Source of the DNA: an uncultured bacterium
GTDB lineage: Bacteria > Verrucomicrobiota > Kiritimatiellia > CAIQIC01 > Lenti-01
Assembly: GCA_902766695.1 (NCBI GenBank)
Contig: CACXEY010000254.1
Coordinates: forward strand, 1-62,606
DNA: 62,606 bases
Direction: 5' to 3'
In this document: positions 52,501-59,239 of the stretch, in pieces
Position numbering within the stretch: position 1 is the stretch's first letter
Layout: every line of letters begins with the position of its first letter
Program-made: the position numbers and the translations under genes
Notes under the pieces: model-generated
What the model saw: the letters and a program-made list of their open reading frames with translations, nothing else
What the model was told of the DNA's origin: nothing
The model's database searches: none

Positions 52501-55500
52501 GCCCCGCCCGATTCCGCGCTGAACGCCGCCGGCTTCGGCAGCACGCTCAGGTTGTACGTGTGCTTCCGCTGCGCCGTGTCGCTGTGGTCCATCGAATAGA
52601 CCGCCGTCCCGCCGCCCGACACCGCGCCGAACCCGTACAGCGGCGGCGTCGTCACGCTCGTGATCTGGTGCAGCCCGTGCCACACCGTCACCGTGTCGCC
52701 TTCCTCGCGCCCGAAGTACGTCGCGCCGACCGCCGCCGAGAACGCCGACGCCGCCGGCGAGTCGCTGCTGGTCAGCAGCGACTGCGCGCTCTGGCGGTCG
52801 CCCACCGGCCGGCTCTTCACCGCGTTCGTCACCCAGTCGCCCCGGTAGGCCGTCGTCGTCTGCCCGTCCAACCACACGAACTCCGGCGGCACCCCGCCCA
52901 GCAGGTCCTCCCACTTGCTGCCGAACCGCACCTCGTCGAAATACACGTCGCCGATCTGGTCCGTGCCGATCGACCCCGCCTGCAGCTGGATGACCCGCAC
53001 GTTCGCCAGGTACGCCCCTTCCCAGTGCGCCATCCCGTTGCCGGACGGCTCCGTTGTCGGGAGCGGCGTCCCTCCCTCCACCTTGTACGACCACGCGTCG
53101 ACCGTCGCGTGCGCCGTCGACGTCCACTTCACCCGCGCCACCACCAGGTACGCATTGTTGGCCCCGCCCGTGTCGTTCAGCGCGTACAGCGTCCCGCTCG
53201 CCGCCGACCCCACCGAAGGCGTCCCGCCCGACGACGTCGCCGCCTCGATCCCCAGCTTCGAGTGCTTCACGCTCGCCCCCGTGTCGTCCTTCATCGTGCG
53301 GCCGATGAACACCCCCTTGCTCCCGTCCGTCGTGTCGATCAGCTTGAGCCCCGCCCACCGGTTCGGGTCGTTCCACGAATACGCCATCCGGAACGCCACG
53401 TAGAACGTGTTGTTGTACCCCCCGCCCCACGCGTCGCCGCCCGTCGTGCGCTCCAGCGTCCCCGCCCCGCCCTCGCCCGGGTTCGTCAGCTTCACCGCGT
53501 TGCCCACCGCCGTCGAGTTCGCGATCGTCCCCGCGATGTTCACCGTCGAAGCGATTTCCGTCGGCCGCACCGCCGTCCACGTCCCCGCGTCCGTGTGCCA
53601 CCAGTTCGCGCCCCACCCCTGGCCGCCCTTCCAGCTGTTCCCCGACGACGCTTCCGTCGTCCCGTTCGTGTAGCTGAACGTGTCCAGGTACTCCGACGCG
53701 TCGTACGACCCCGTCTCCACCGGATTCCCCGTCGCCGCCGTGTAGCTCGGCGAATACTCCGTCGAATTCTTCGCGTACGCGAAATACCCGTGCTGCGATC
53801 CCGTCGCCACCACGTGGTCCGCCGTGCAGTACGACCCCGCCGTCGCGTCCAGCACCGCGATCACCTCCGCGTTCCCCGCCGTCGCCCCCGGTGCCCTGCT
53901 CTTCAGCGTCTGTTCCGTGGTCGACAGCGTCGTCAGCGTCCCGCCCGACTTCGCGATGAACACGATCTGCCGCGCGTTCGCCGGCGCCAGCGCCCTCACC
54001 CGCACCAATTCCTTCCCGTCCGCGGCCGCCGTCAGCTCCGCGATGTTCTCCGGCACCGCCACCGTCCCGCCCAGCAGCGCCTCCCAGCTCGTCGCCACGC
54101 GCACCTCGTCGAAGTACACGTCGCCGACCGCACCCCCGTCGGTCGCCCCCGCCAGCAATCCGAACCGCGACAGGCTGCCCGGACGGCTCCCGCTGGGAAC
54201 CGTGTACGTCACGTCCCACAAATTCGCCGCCGGCTCGCCCTCCGGCACCGCGGCCCCGTGGTAGTACCCCTTCACCGAAATCTTTCCCGTCGAGAACTCG
54301 TACTTCAGGATCACCAGATATTCGTTGTCGGTGTCCCACTGGTACGGATTGATCTCGAACGAACCGGAGTACTCCTTGTGGTCGTACGCATCGATTCCCA
54401 GGTGGTAGTCCGCCGAACTGGACCAGATGTGGCCCGCCTTGATGGCGACCCCGCTGCCGTTCCCCAGGCCGATCTGGGCCCATTTCTTCGCCCCCTCGTA
54501 CTGGTAGCTCAAAATCGCCGCCGCGTAGATCGCCCCGCTCGACACCGCCGTGAAATCCCGTGTCGCTTCCGTCTGCCAGTTCGCCTCCCCCAGCGATGTC
54601 TTGATCCGGTTCCCCGTGTTGTCCGGATACTCCGTGTAGTTCGGGAACACCGGGATGTCGCTCCCCGACTGGCTCACGATGGTCGGCGCCGTCGTCGCCC
54701 CCGTGTCCCACGCCCCGCTCCACCCGTGCTCCCCGTTCAGCCCGTTCAGGCTCACCCCGTTCGTGTAGCTGAACGTGTCCACGATTTCCTCCGCCCCGAA
54801 CGACCCCGTCGTCACCGGCTTCTCCAGCACTGCCGAATACGCATTCGCGCTGCTGTAGGCGTAGATCTTGTACGTGTGGGTGCTCCCCGAAGCCACCACG
54901 TGCTCCAGGCTCGTCCCGGTGCTCCGGTAGATGACGTGCCCGCCCAGCGTCGTGCTTCCCACCGTGTAGGTGGACCCCTGCGTCGGGGCCGTCGTCCCGT
55001 TGTCCACGACCATCACCCCGCTCGCCCCGCTCGGCTTCGTCCACGAAAGCCGGACCATCGTCTTCCCGTCCGCCGTCGCCGACGCCACCGTCACCGGGTT
55101 CGCCAGCGTGTAGCCGTTAGCGCTTCCGTAGGCTGTCGTGTAGTAGTTCGCCGCCCCCCCCGACCCGTTGAATGAGTACGCCCGGAAGTAATACCGCGTT
55201 CCCGCCGAAAGCCCCGTCACTTCAAGCGTCGTGCTCGCATCCGACCCCGCGTACACCACGTATCCCTTCGAATCGATCCTCGTCCCGCTCCCGTACCTCG
55301 CGTTCGCCGTGTACCCCGTCCCGTCCGCGGGGGCCGTGAACGAGTTTGCCGCATTGGCCTGGATCAGCGTGTACCCCGACCCGCTCGCGCGCGTGATGCT
55401 CAGCGTCAGCGTCCCCGTTGCGTTTGCCGTGATGGCAATCTCCGGTGCCGCCGCCGGCTCCGTCGAAAACGTGTACCCGTCGCATGTCGTCGCCGTCGCC

Positions 55501-58500
55501 CGGTAGTTCTCCCGGCCCGTCGCCCCGTTGTACGCGTACGCCGCGAAATAGTAGTGCGTTCCCGGCGTGAGGCCGCTGACCGTCACCGTCGTCCCGCTCG
55601 CCCCGCCAGTAGACGCGTACACCACCTTGCCCGCCCCAAGCGACGACGACGAAGCGCTCGTGAAATCGAGATTGGCCGTGTACGTCGTCCCGTCCGTCGG
55701 GGCCGTGTAACTCGGTGCCGACTCGCTCTGGTAGGCCACGATCAGCGTGTACCCCGCGCCGCTGGCCCGCGTCAGGTTCAGCTTGATGGTGCTGTCCGTC
55801 CTGCTGTTCACGCTCAGCGTGGGGGAAGCCGACGGCTCCGACGCCAGCGTGTACCCGTTCGCCGTCGCCGCCGACGAATACGCCAGCGAATTCAGTGCCG
55901 CCGTCGCGTTCGCCGTCCCCTTGTAGGCGTACGCCCGCACATAGTACCGCGTCCCCGCCGCCAGCCCCGTCACGTCCACGCTCGTCCCGCTCCCCACGTA
56001 CACGATCTTCCCGCTGCCCAGCGTCGACGCGCTCCCGTACGCCGCGTTCCCCGTGTACGTCTTCCGCGCCGTCGGCGCCGTCGTCGGGTCGCTCGTGTAC
56101 ATCACCACCATCGTCCCCGCGCTCCCGCTCGCCGCCGACCAGCTGACGTGCAGCGTGTTCACCCCGCCCGGCTGCGTCACCGCCAGCGCCGTCGGCGCCC
56201 CCGGCGCGCTCGCCGTCGTCCGGAACGTCGCGTCCGCCGTGTACCCCGTCTTGCCCGCGTCGTTCACCCCGTACCCCCGGTAGTGGTACACCGTGTCGGC
56301 CGAAAGCCCCGTCACCGCCTTCGTGTACGCCCCCGCCGCCGGCGAAGCCACGTTCGCCGTGCTCCCGTAGCTCGTCGTCTTTCCGTACTGCACCCCCAAG
56401 GTCGAGATGTTCGGCGACCCGATGGCCCCCAGCGTCGCACCCAGCGTCGCACCGCTCGACGAGAAGCCCGTCGCCGTCGGCGACGAAAGTGTCGGAGTCA
56501 CCCCGTTCACCGTCACCATCACGTCCGTGTACTGCTCCGCGTACGGGGCGTCCGCCGCCTTCGTCACCCGCACCTTGATCGTTCCGCACGCCGTCACCGT
56601 CAACTTGTCCCCGCTGATCGTCCCGGCCCCCGTCCCGCCGCTCTGCACGCTGTAGCTGAACGCCCCGCCCACGCTGCTGCCGCCCACCGTTCCGCCGTTC
56701 CCCACCAGCGTCAGCGCGCTCCCCGTGTAGTCGTACTCGTCATCAGCCAACCCCACCGCCGTCGGCGTCGAAAACGTCGCGTCGGGCGTGTAGGACGTGC
56801 CCACCCCGTTGATGGCATACCCCCGGTAATGGTACGTCGTGCCCGCGGACAGCCCCGTCGCGCTGAACGTGAACGGCGTCCCCGTCGTCGGCGCCCCCGT
56901 CGTATTGAATTTCAGGGTTGCACTCGTCGTCGGGGCCGCGCTCGTCGACACCACCACGCCGTATTCCGTGATCGTGTCGTTCCCGTCGCTCGTCACCGTC
57001 GCCCCCAGCGTCGCCGTCGTCGGCGCGATGTTCGCCGCCGTCGGACTCGCCACCGTCGGCTCCCGCGCCGCCGCCGTCGGCGTGAAGGGGCCGTAGGTGT
57101 CCCATCCGGTATCGCTGGTGCTGGTTTTGGCGCGCGCCCTGACGTGAATGTAATACGCCGTGCCGGTGGTAAGCCCGGTTTTCGTGATAGTGGTGTTGTT
57201 GTTGACCGCAGTGGTGCAATCGGTACTTGCCGTGTGGCTGGAACTTGTGGTGACAGTGTAGTGGTATGCCGTGTTGTCCCCGTTCCCGTTCGGGTTTACT
57301 TTGAAGGTGACGCTGGTCGCATCATAGGCAACATCGGTGATGGTAGGGGCAACCGGTTTCGTCGTTGCACTAATGGTGGTATCCGCCGTGCTCCCGCCGG
57401 CCGAAGCCCTCACCGTAAAGTAATACAATGTTCCCGGAGTGAGGGAACTTGTCTTTTTGTTGGTTCCCGGAGTGATGCTGGCGGATGGCGTTGCAGGGTT
57501 GGAAGTGCCGTATCCGTACGTGTGGGTAGTGGCAGCGCCATTCACACCTGTTGCGGCCAAAATGGTAATGTAGTCCGTAGATCGCGCCACAACCGAAACC
57601 GAGGGAGCCGTCGGCAGCGTCGTCACCGTCTCCGTGACCGTCGAGCTGTTGTTCCCTCCCGCCGTCGCCATCGCGGTGATGGTGTACGTCGTCCCCGGCG
57701 AAAGGCTGCTGACCGTCACGGCGGTTCCCGCCGTGCAGGCCTCTGTGGGCGTCCCCGAGCTCGTGCCCACGATGTACTTGTACGTCGCCGCGCTCCCGTT
57801 CCCGTTCGCGTTGACCGTGAACTTGACGCTCGTGCTGCTCGGTGCCGAAACGCTCGTGATGGTCGGCGCCTTCGGCGATGTCGTTCGTGTCGTGTTGCCG
57901 CTAGTGGCGCTTGAACCTCCCGCCGTGGCCGTGGCTTTGATATAATACGTCGTCCCTGGTGTCAGACTGCTCTTCGTCACGGCCGTTCCCGCCGTGCAAG
58001 CGGTGTCCGGCGTCCCGGAGCTGCTCGTCCCAAAATAGTACTTGTACGTCGTTGCACTCCCGTTTCCGTTCGCGTTGACCGTGAACTTGATACTTGTGGA
58101 ATCCGAGGAATTCACCGTGATGGTCGGTGCCGTCGGCGCCGTCGTGAAAGAGGCGTTGGGATTGTTATAGGCATAAATATTCCCATTATTCCAATCATCC
58201 CAACCATGGAAATAGTATTCAACCGTTGTCCCAGGAGGAAATGCGCTACTGGGCGTATACTGCCAAATCGAGTTCCCGTCATCGTGCTTGATGTAGCTCA
58301 TGCTGTGGGTACCCCATGAGCCGTCGTTGATACCCACTTCGGCATGCAAACCCGAATAGTCTTGGTTCATCGCAATGGTGAAGGTTCCCTTGTCTCTTCC
58401 ACTATACGTCGTATAGCTACCGAAAATACCCATCCAAGATGGGAACGCCTTCGCCACACCCGCGCCCCCCAGCAGCGTCCCGGCGGCCAAAATCCAAGCG

Positions 58501-58691
58501 GCGGCGGCGGCGGTCCACCGTCGTCCCGAGCGCACCTTCCGCGATTGGGCATTGAGCATGGAGCATGGTGCATGGATGGAAGTGGATTGAGCCTTCATGT
58601 TCGTTTCCTCCGTCATGGCGGTGGGTGGAATCGTGGGATCGTTGAATCGTTGGATCGTTGAATCGTTGAAATTGTTCGAGAATGCGCTCAT
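43527..58691 (-). CDS. giant secreted multi-domain surface protein 2 (~5,054 aa), paralog of giant protein 1
   Basis: Uninterrupted frame with a signal peptide. There is an N-terminal beta-sandwich-like domain and more than 15 FN3-like modules, followed by a part collinear with giant protein 1. ATG 58691 lies 3 nt after the antitoxin stop and follows AAGGAG plus 8 nt. Alternative in-frame starts are at 58616, 58598 (GGAGGAAACGAAC-ATG) and 58559. Confidence 0.9.
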   Translation of the reverse strand: MSAFSNNFNDSTIQRFNDPTIPPTAMTEETNMKAQSTSIHAPCSMLNAQSRKVRSGRRWTAAAAAWILAAGTLLGGAGVAKAFPSWMGIFGSYTTYSGRDKGTFTIAMNQDYSGLHAEVGINDGSWGTHSMSYIKHDDGNSIWQYTPSSAFPPGTTVEYYFHGWDDWNNGNIYAYNNPNASFTTAPTAPTITVNSSDSTSIKFTVNANGNGSATTYKYYFGTSSSGTPDTACTAGTAVTKSSLTPGTTYYIKATATAGGSSATSGNTTRTTSPKAPTITSVSAPSSTSVKFTVNANGNGSAATYKYIVGTSSGTPTEACTAGTAVTVSSLSPGTTYTITAMATAGGNNSSTVTETVTTLPTAPSVSVVARSTDYITILAATGVNGAATTHTYGYGTSNPATPSASITPGTNKKTSSLTPGTLYYFTVRASAGGSTADTTISATTKPVAPTITDVAYDATSVTFKVNPNGNGDNTAYHYTVTTSSSHTASTDCTTAVNNNTTITKTGLTTGTAYYIHVRARAKTSTSDTGWDTYGPFTPTAAAREPTVASPTAANIAPTTATLGATVTSDGNDTITEYGVVVSTSAAPTTSATLKFNTTGAPTTGTPFTFSATGLSAGTTYHYRGYAINGVGTSYTPDATFSTPTAVGLADDEYDYTGSALTLVGNGGTVGGSSVGGAFSYSVQSGGTGAGTISGDKLTVTACGTIKVRVTKAADAPYAEQYTDVMVTVNGVTPTLSSPTATGFSSSGATLGATLGAIGSPNISTLGVQYGKTTSYGSTANVASPAAGAYTKAVTGLSADTVYHYRGYGVNDAGKTGYTADATFRTTASAPGAPTALAVTQPGGVNTLHVSWSAASGSAGTMVVMYTSDPTTAPTARKTYTGNAAYGSASTLGSGKIVYVGSGTSVDVTGLAAGTRYYVRAYAYKGTANATAALNSLAYSSAATANGYTLASEPSASPTLSVNSRTDSTIKLNLTRASGAGYTLIVAYQSESAPSYTAPTDGTTYTANLDFTSASSSSLGAGKVVYASTGGASGTTVTVSGLTPGTHYYFAAYAYNGATGRENYRATATTCDGYTFSTEPAAAPEIAITANATGTLTLSITRASGSGYTLIQANAANSFTAPADGTGYTANARYGSGTRIDSKGYVVYAGSDASTTLEVTGLSAGTRYYFRAYSFNGSGGAANYYTTAYGSANGYTLANPVTVASATADGKTMVRLSWTKPSGASGVMVVDNGTTAPTQGSTYTVGSTTLGGHVIYRSTGTSLEHVVASGSTHTYKIYAYSSANAYSAVLEKPVTTGSFGAEEIVDTFSYTNGVSLNGLNGEHGWSGAWDTGATTAPTIVSQSGSDIPVFPNYTEYPDNTGNRIKTSLGEANWQTEATRDFTAVSSGAIYAAAILSYQYEGAKKWAQIGLGNGSGVAIKAGHIWSSSADYHLGIDAYDHKEYSGSFEINPYQWDTDNEYLVILKYEFSTGKISVKGYYHGAAVPEGEPAANLWDVTYTVPSGSRPGSLSRFGLLAGATDGGAVGDVYFDEVRVATSWEALLGGTVAVPENIAELTAAADGKELVRVRALAPANARQIVFIAKSGGTLTTLSTTEQTLKSRAPGATAGNAEVIAVLDATAGSYCTADHVVATGSQHGYFAYAKNSTEYSPSYTAATGNPVETGSYDASEYLDTFSYTNGTTEASSGNSWKGGQGWGANWWHTDAGTWTAVRPTEIASTVNIAGTIANSTAVGNAVKLTNPGEGGAGTLERTTGGDAWGGGYNNTFYVAFRMAYSWNDPNRWAGLKLIDTTDGSKGVFIGRTMKDDTGASVKHSKLGIEAATSSGGTPSVGSAASGTLYALNDTGGANNAYLVVARVKWTSTAHATVDAWSYKVEGGTPLPTTEPSGNGMAHWEGAYLANVRVIQLQAGSIGTDQIGDVYFDEVRFGSKWEDLLGGVPPEFVWLDGQTTTAYRGDWVTNAVKSRPVGDRQSAQSLLTSSDSPAASAFSAAVGATYFGREEGDTVTVWHGLHQITSVTTPPLYGFGAVSGGGTAVYSMDHSDTAQRKHTYNLSVLPKPAAFSAESGGATKINLTWTPATAGGRTFDEVMVVRFATAGASTQTEAHLHPAQGTAYTVGDTFKYGSYTATVIYRGTGTGFTDTRLTPETTYYYAAYTVNNSYYSEPPSGGGAGRLNANATTAEGSSGTMPEVNGDGSDWTGAPAVAWNSSDTSDNEFVWNDKKGDLRSNTDDCYSADIDEFRVKADGEWVYFLLRLNGNVPAGKSVDLHKTYVSVGVDTRLSEGSTAMNWLGDESATELGGAYHGTAAERYASRQMAVHYVGGSENTWQVEMYAEDGARWYEPPTEGWQAAAAGTTDPCVEWRVSRADLGLGASGTAVTTGRFSVATFVNAQGWNQDTKATVDIDPGKSAAVDAMEIAPYGVNDKDANLGAWDEGLKDKTVNFWADVGFDKDGVVPNGLPNEPGFSGADTGHGSPTLNWTASTDTDAKGFVTGYLFELAEDSATLNGRDGGTENGSVLYRINLKGADNTSYRPQTTAAQFWWRVRARDNGGQLSAGTIRRYSVEGQKDMDGPKPELLYVGTQVADFLANTPDPETGIGYRDEVEAEGDALAVVDSVYSEGSKPTFGFVLQWSDDAGVYATNRSWDSSYTKTTRYDARVSQGLGTDGYTLGGGAGAFTWNILGEKGDGSPFGRVSPNWDLMLVDTKHTATFTGPSGWSTSGGYVWKRGASYKKTADTSVAAGKDYYTESGGTYTKVANPSGKNPSAEGWYEFLGWTYTKLSASESGLTSYYKMASGAEPNLQETGIHWVYEAHLELPTEEDPDKKIVTEGWTHVYDKDLPFLPSQTLWDTTATPNANLATCITNFVSQAFKLPAYDPDVSLYLTVSAEDGNTYGNGNTVPDGWIDNWYDDTPEGGVSHAHYSADTAESSGSCNDGPAYARNITTNRLILIPVRDDDSAGPEAATTAWAGANDGEPFAPSLVIATQAVTKAQAASWSAMYTNQKLLPRLDGTGQGVTYQLTDAMLGAPLTFLFNVYDQHITSGLKYGTAASESVKTWTWTNTAFRTRSWNSTGYPYSAVVSPGAANPKEQGWYVLAGGKYVPAEDTSVQAGTTYYTRSEDGWVTSEENVDKFNSDKSTIKYYKDDTKLHGPGTGDGTILAWEFGELTEASLGHLFGVPNVLDYIGHHSDGVTNLVQLHAWDCDNDRTGDQTEAEITFGTLMLTDDDATEPTSPGYALLGSGTNYVDFGALASWEWSTSGKPASWSTNTGLKGIDATEMSAWSVGSSGDTAITGDSVKWTERASSVPEGQDWSAMSRRYMSLEGGMQGATYQTAGGAKYFQFDVCGENGARWTADTLQFDNRVTAKGPTLYTLTVQEAANVTTLAAVTADGQKDPAWNVSGGLFEKANGILRFTLESTGGTASLASPSFQPNSNGRAMTRVQYRVGRIGGVKDGATLTVGYRIGSGTRTVVKTHASADFAESAANKFANYEVVSFDLPTDQAGDFTVTWEASGINGSQGFLLTDVSVVMQNSFNTEHPLVQDLLVEKAVDSSTDGSQETIKNVVMSWAGTENAEGTTWRYRLYAYGADGTGNWGINKIKLLGITMSPRGMDVTDGDLRHATWVNSLEVVDGEKSGWDTEKSGLWLKGDNAPAYVISYPEADAAGRAGTAVASGTFAYKDGKIRKAAYSVLPDGTFEADPTAWTLSGATIGTGSGTRERVLKLAGEDSAVSSATKGFDVSLGSIAAADVSGVTVSGGFEAKASVAEGSGGVNGLTVTVRLKDAGGNVLLAKTFEYAPVAAWRQLEIGPWTADNALVRKAEAEIAQTTAEGTELLVANVALQLATWGAPTGDFDNGEPGAKLELQTQEVAAGKTLKLSSELTGEGSKEYVLASTVHDYDRDRTDDALAVTIATGFELHDDDTQAPSLGAKFGGPVGMRLGNRSGLPYNASGTDVQVVVTDHQMDAAKRDGQSLAYLDIDGYDQSGWTTAALTLNYTEGGSAKSLAYDGADVTEGAAGLPSATNTFHYSLSTLWANTFVKNQFAAYTANMTVNATLTDQDDDRADDSLDTVSQLGFLKFMDNDTTAPAMRTSGSLKGMFIATNPPSGSIETALSGVSNKDWSAKSEYEVLTLTASDTASERLQLIYDGELCRSAPFYLMANVGDALQSGTGVSISGLQRGNAVSKSIQNGFNDTIAVSNTTMVLSNSATIVTNLATHFNEGYSSAFKTTRGGTAAAPQTWYWPTGMTTNEVGFLLPPESTSLDFRVLVEAFDSDTNRPSDQAHARLEDPTLRIRDDDTTAPQAPASVWLNGDAVASGEITRDNAPWKQSLSSVTVAWTEAVDPEPAGFGTAGNDIKVAGIAGYRLVAPGTTPGVAEGTDLTGTTTNTAEHKVTKTLTGLAIDQGFGNYQLFAVDKDADRAGDALAGAAANVPLALDFTKPTAVALPGGHGAGASTDAVDDPTTQMDITWTPSGVGPDDPTGDKTNYDKIPDAVKADAKAKGRAATDILSPWRTYKVYYREYDPQAVEAQAASEEMSAAQIILRDYVEADTFGSEAAGWLAVTNDAPIADPSTTQRKYSGLDEVSTPSVRVYDLDFDREYLFVVVGVDKAGNEGPVNDSSWATNNTIKFAVTQGLVRASADIAADIPASGDTGMKPINPQAKRGAALYWMAAGQKDGVGKVSKEYDLIYRDAPSFTEEGDEGWNLVGTVKTNWNYQTDGLDTVNDNLRFFRASYKGRWQGEKPLASEEVYSMNNVVLSEGFNYVSLQGVPYTNTFAGVFGTDTDMWPPNADSPASTNGAVVIEFYTAGDADHVRGSTKEQYFFASDGKWWKCENNAAVEDVTTKVLADHFFMRPFSINLPSGKKADGTDLPWWTEHNDPSITATKGTNRLNAILWHPILQVPPTNEVVAVASASTSSAKPGGRDGTASGALVFRQSVTATKGVYNTLSLNLPVSVHPKQLRLVATNAAGVPQPGRMKAGNWVDADKLYVIDTATKEIREKSTMYCDAEGTWRYNKNRLEVTGTPIHPNDMLVLISAGGNGEKGATVDWVWTYSPTDFYKPPTRHMGR
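58446..58559 (-). other. predicted Sec signal peptide of giant protein 2
   Basis: MLNAQSRKVRSGRRWTAAAAAWILAAGTLLGGAGVAKA / FPSW. Confidence 0.7.
58547..58574 (-). repeat. degenerate heptamer array (coding strand CATGCAC CATGCTC CATGCTC AATGCCC) in the giant gene 2 leader
   Basis: Plus strand gggcatt gagcatg gagcatg gtgcatg. It occupies the same position relative to the signal peptide as the perfect heptamer array in giant gene 1, with an ATG every 7 nt. Confidence 0.75.
58628..58667 (-). repeat. tandem octamer array (RRATCGTK x5) in the giant gene 2 leader
   Basis: gaatcgtg ggatcgtt gaatcgtt ggatcgtt gaatcgtt. It encodes FNDSTIQRFNDPTI if translated from 58691. Confidence 0.85.
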
Positions 58692-58713
58692 CTCTCATTC
58701 TCCTTCCGCGCCC
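58679..58713 (-). promoter_or_regulatory. conserved 35-nt cassette/leader junction (stop + Shine-Dalgarno + ATG), copy 2
   Basis: agaatgcgctcatctctcattctccttccgcgccc; one mismatch to 41219-41253. Confidence 0.8.
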
Positions 58714-58916
58714 TTCCGGGCCTCTTCCCACGGCACGAACTTCGCTTCGCCCGATTCGGCGAGGCGGCGTCTCTCCGCCAGCACCTCCGCATGCCACGCG
58801 GGAGGCTCGGCCGTCGCCTCGCCCTCGGCGAGGCTGTCCCAGAGCCATTCCATCGCGCGGAGTTTCTCCTCGCGGGACATCTTCCCGATTTCTTCCTGCG
58901 TTGCCAACATCGTCAT
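58695..58916 (-). CDS. putative addiction module component (Unstab_antitox / TIGR02574-like antitoxin), 73 aa
   Basis: MTMLATQEEIGKMSREEKLRAMEWLWDSLAEGEATAEPPAWHAEVLAERRRLAESGEAKFVPWEEARK fits the L..ER..L...LWDSL....P.WH..EL..R......G.....W pattern. ATGA overlap with the A3 stop. Confidence 0.7.
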   Translation of the reverse strand: MTMLATQEEIGKMSREEKLRAMEWLWDSLAEGEATAEPPAWHAEVLAERRRLAESGEAKFVPWEEARKGAEGE

Positions 58917-59239
58917 TCTCCTTCCCCGCCCTCCCGGGCCGAACCGCCCGTATCCCCGGCCCCGTACTCCGGCGAATCCTCGTGCACGCACACGGCATTC
59001 TCCGCGTCCTTCCGCCCTCCCCGCCTCCGCGGCGTCTGCCTGGACGGCGCACTCCCCGCAGGTTCCGCAGGCATCCGCCCCACGCCGCGCCACCTGTCCC
59101 CGTACAAGGCATACTCCTCCAATGCCTGCTGCGCGACCCTGTGGCAGTAGTCGAAAACACCATCCACCGTTCCGCCCCCTGCTTCCCAAATCTTCCGCCC
59201 CGTTTCCTCCAACTCGACCAAAACAGGATCGTCGTTCAT
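58913..59239 (-). CDS. small PIN-associated protein A3 (108 aa)
   Basis: MNDDPVLVELEETGRKIWEAGGGTVDGVFDYCHRV.... ATGA overlap with the PIN-3 stop. The tail VCVHEDSPEYGAGDTGG again copies the pre-PIN linker. Confidence 0.5.
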   Translation of the reverse strand: MNDDPVLVELEETGRKIWEAGGGTVDGVFDYCHRVAQQALEEYALYGDRWRGVGRMPAEPAGSAPSRQTPRRRGGRKDAENAVCVHEDSPEYGAGDTGGSAREGGEGE

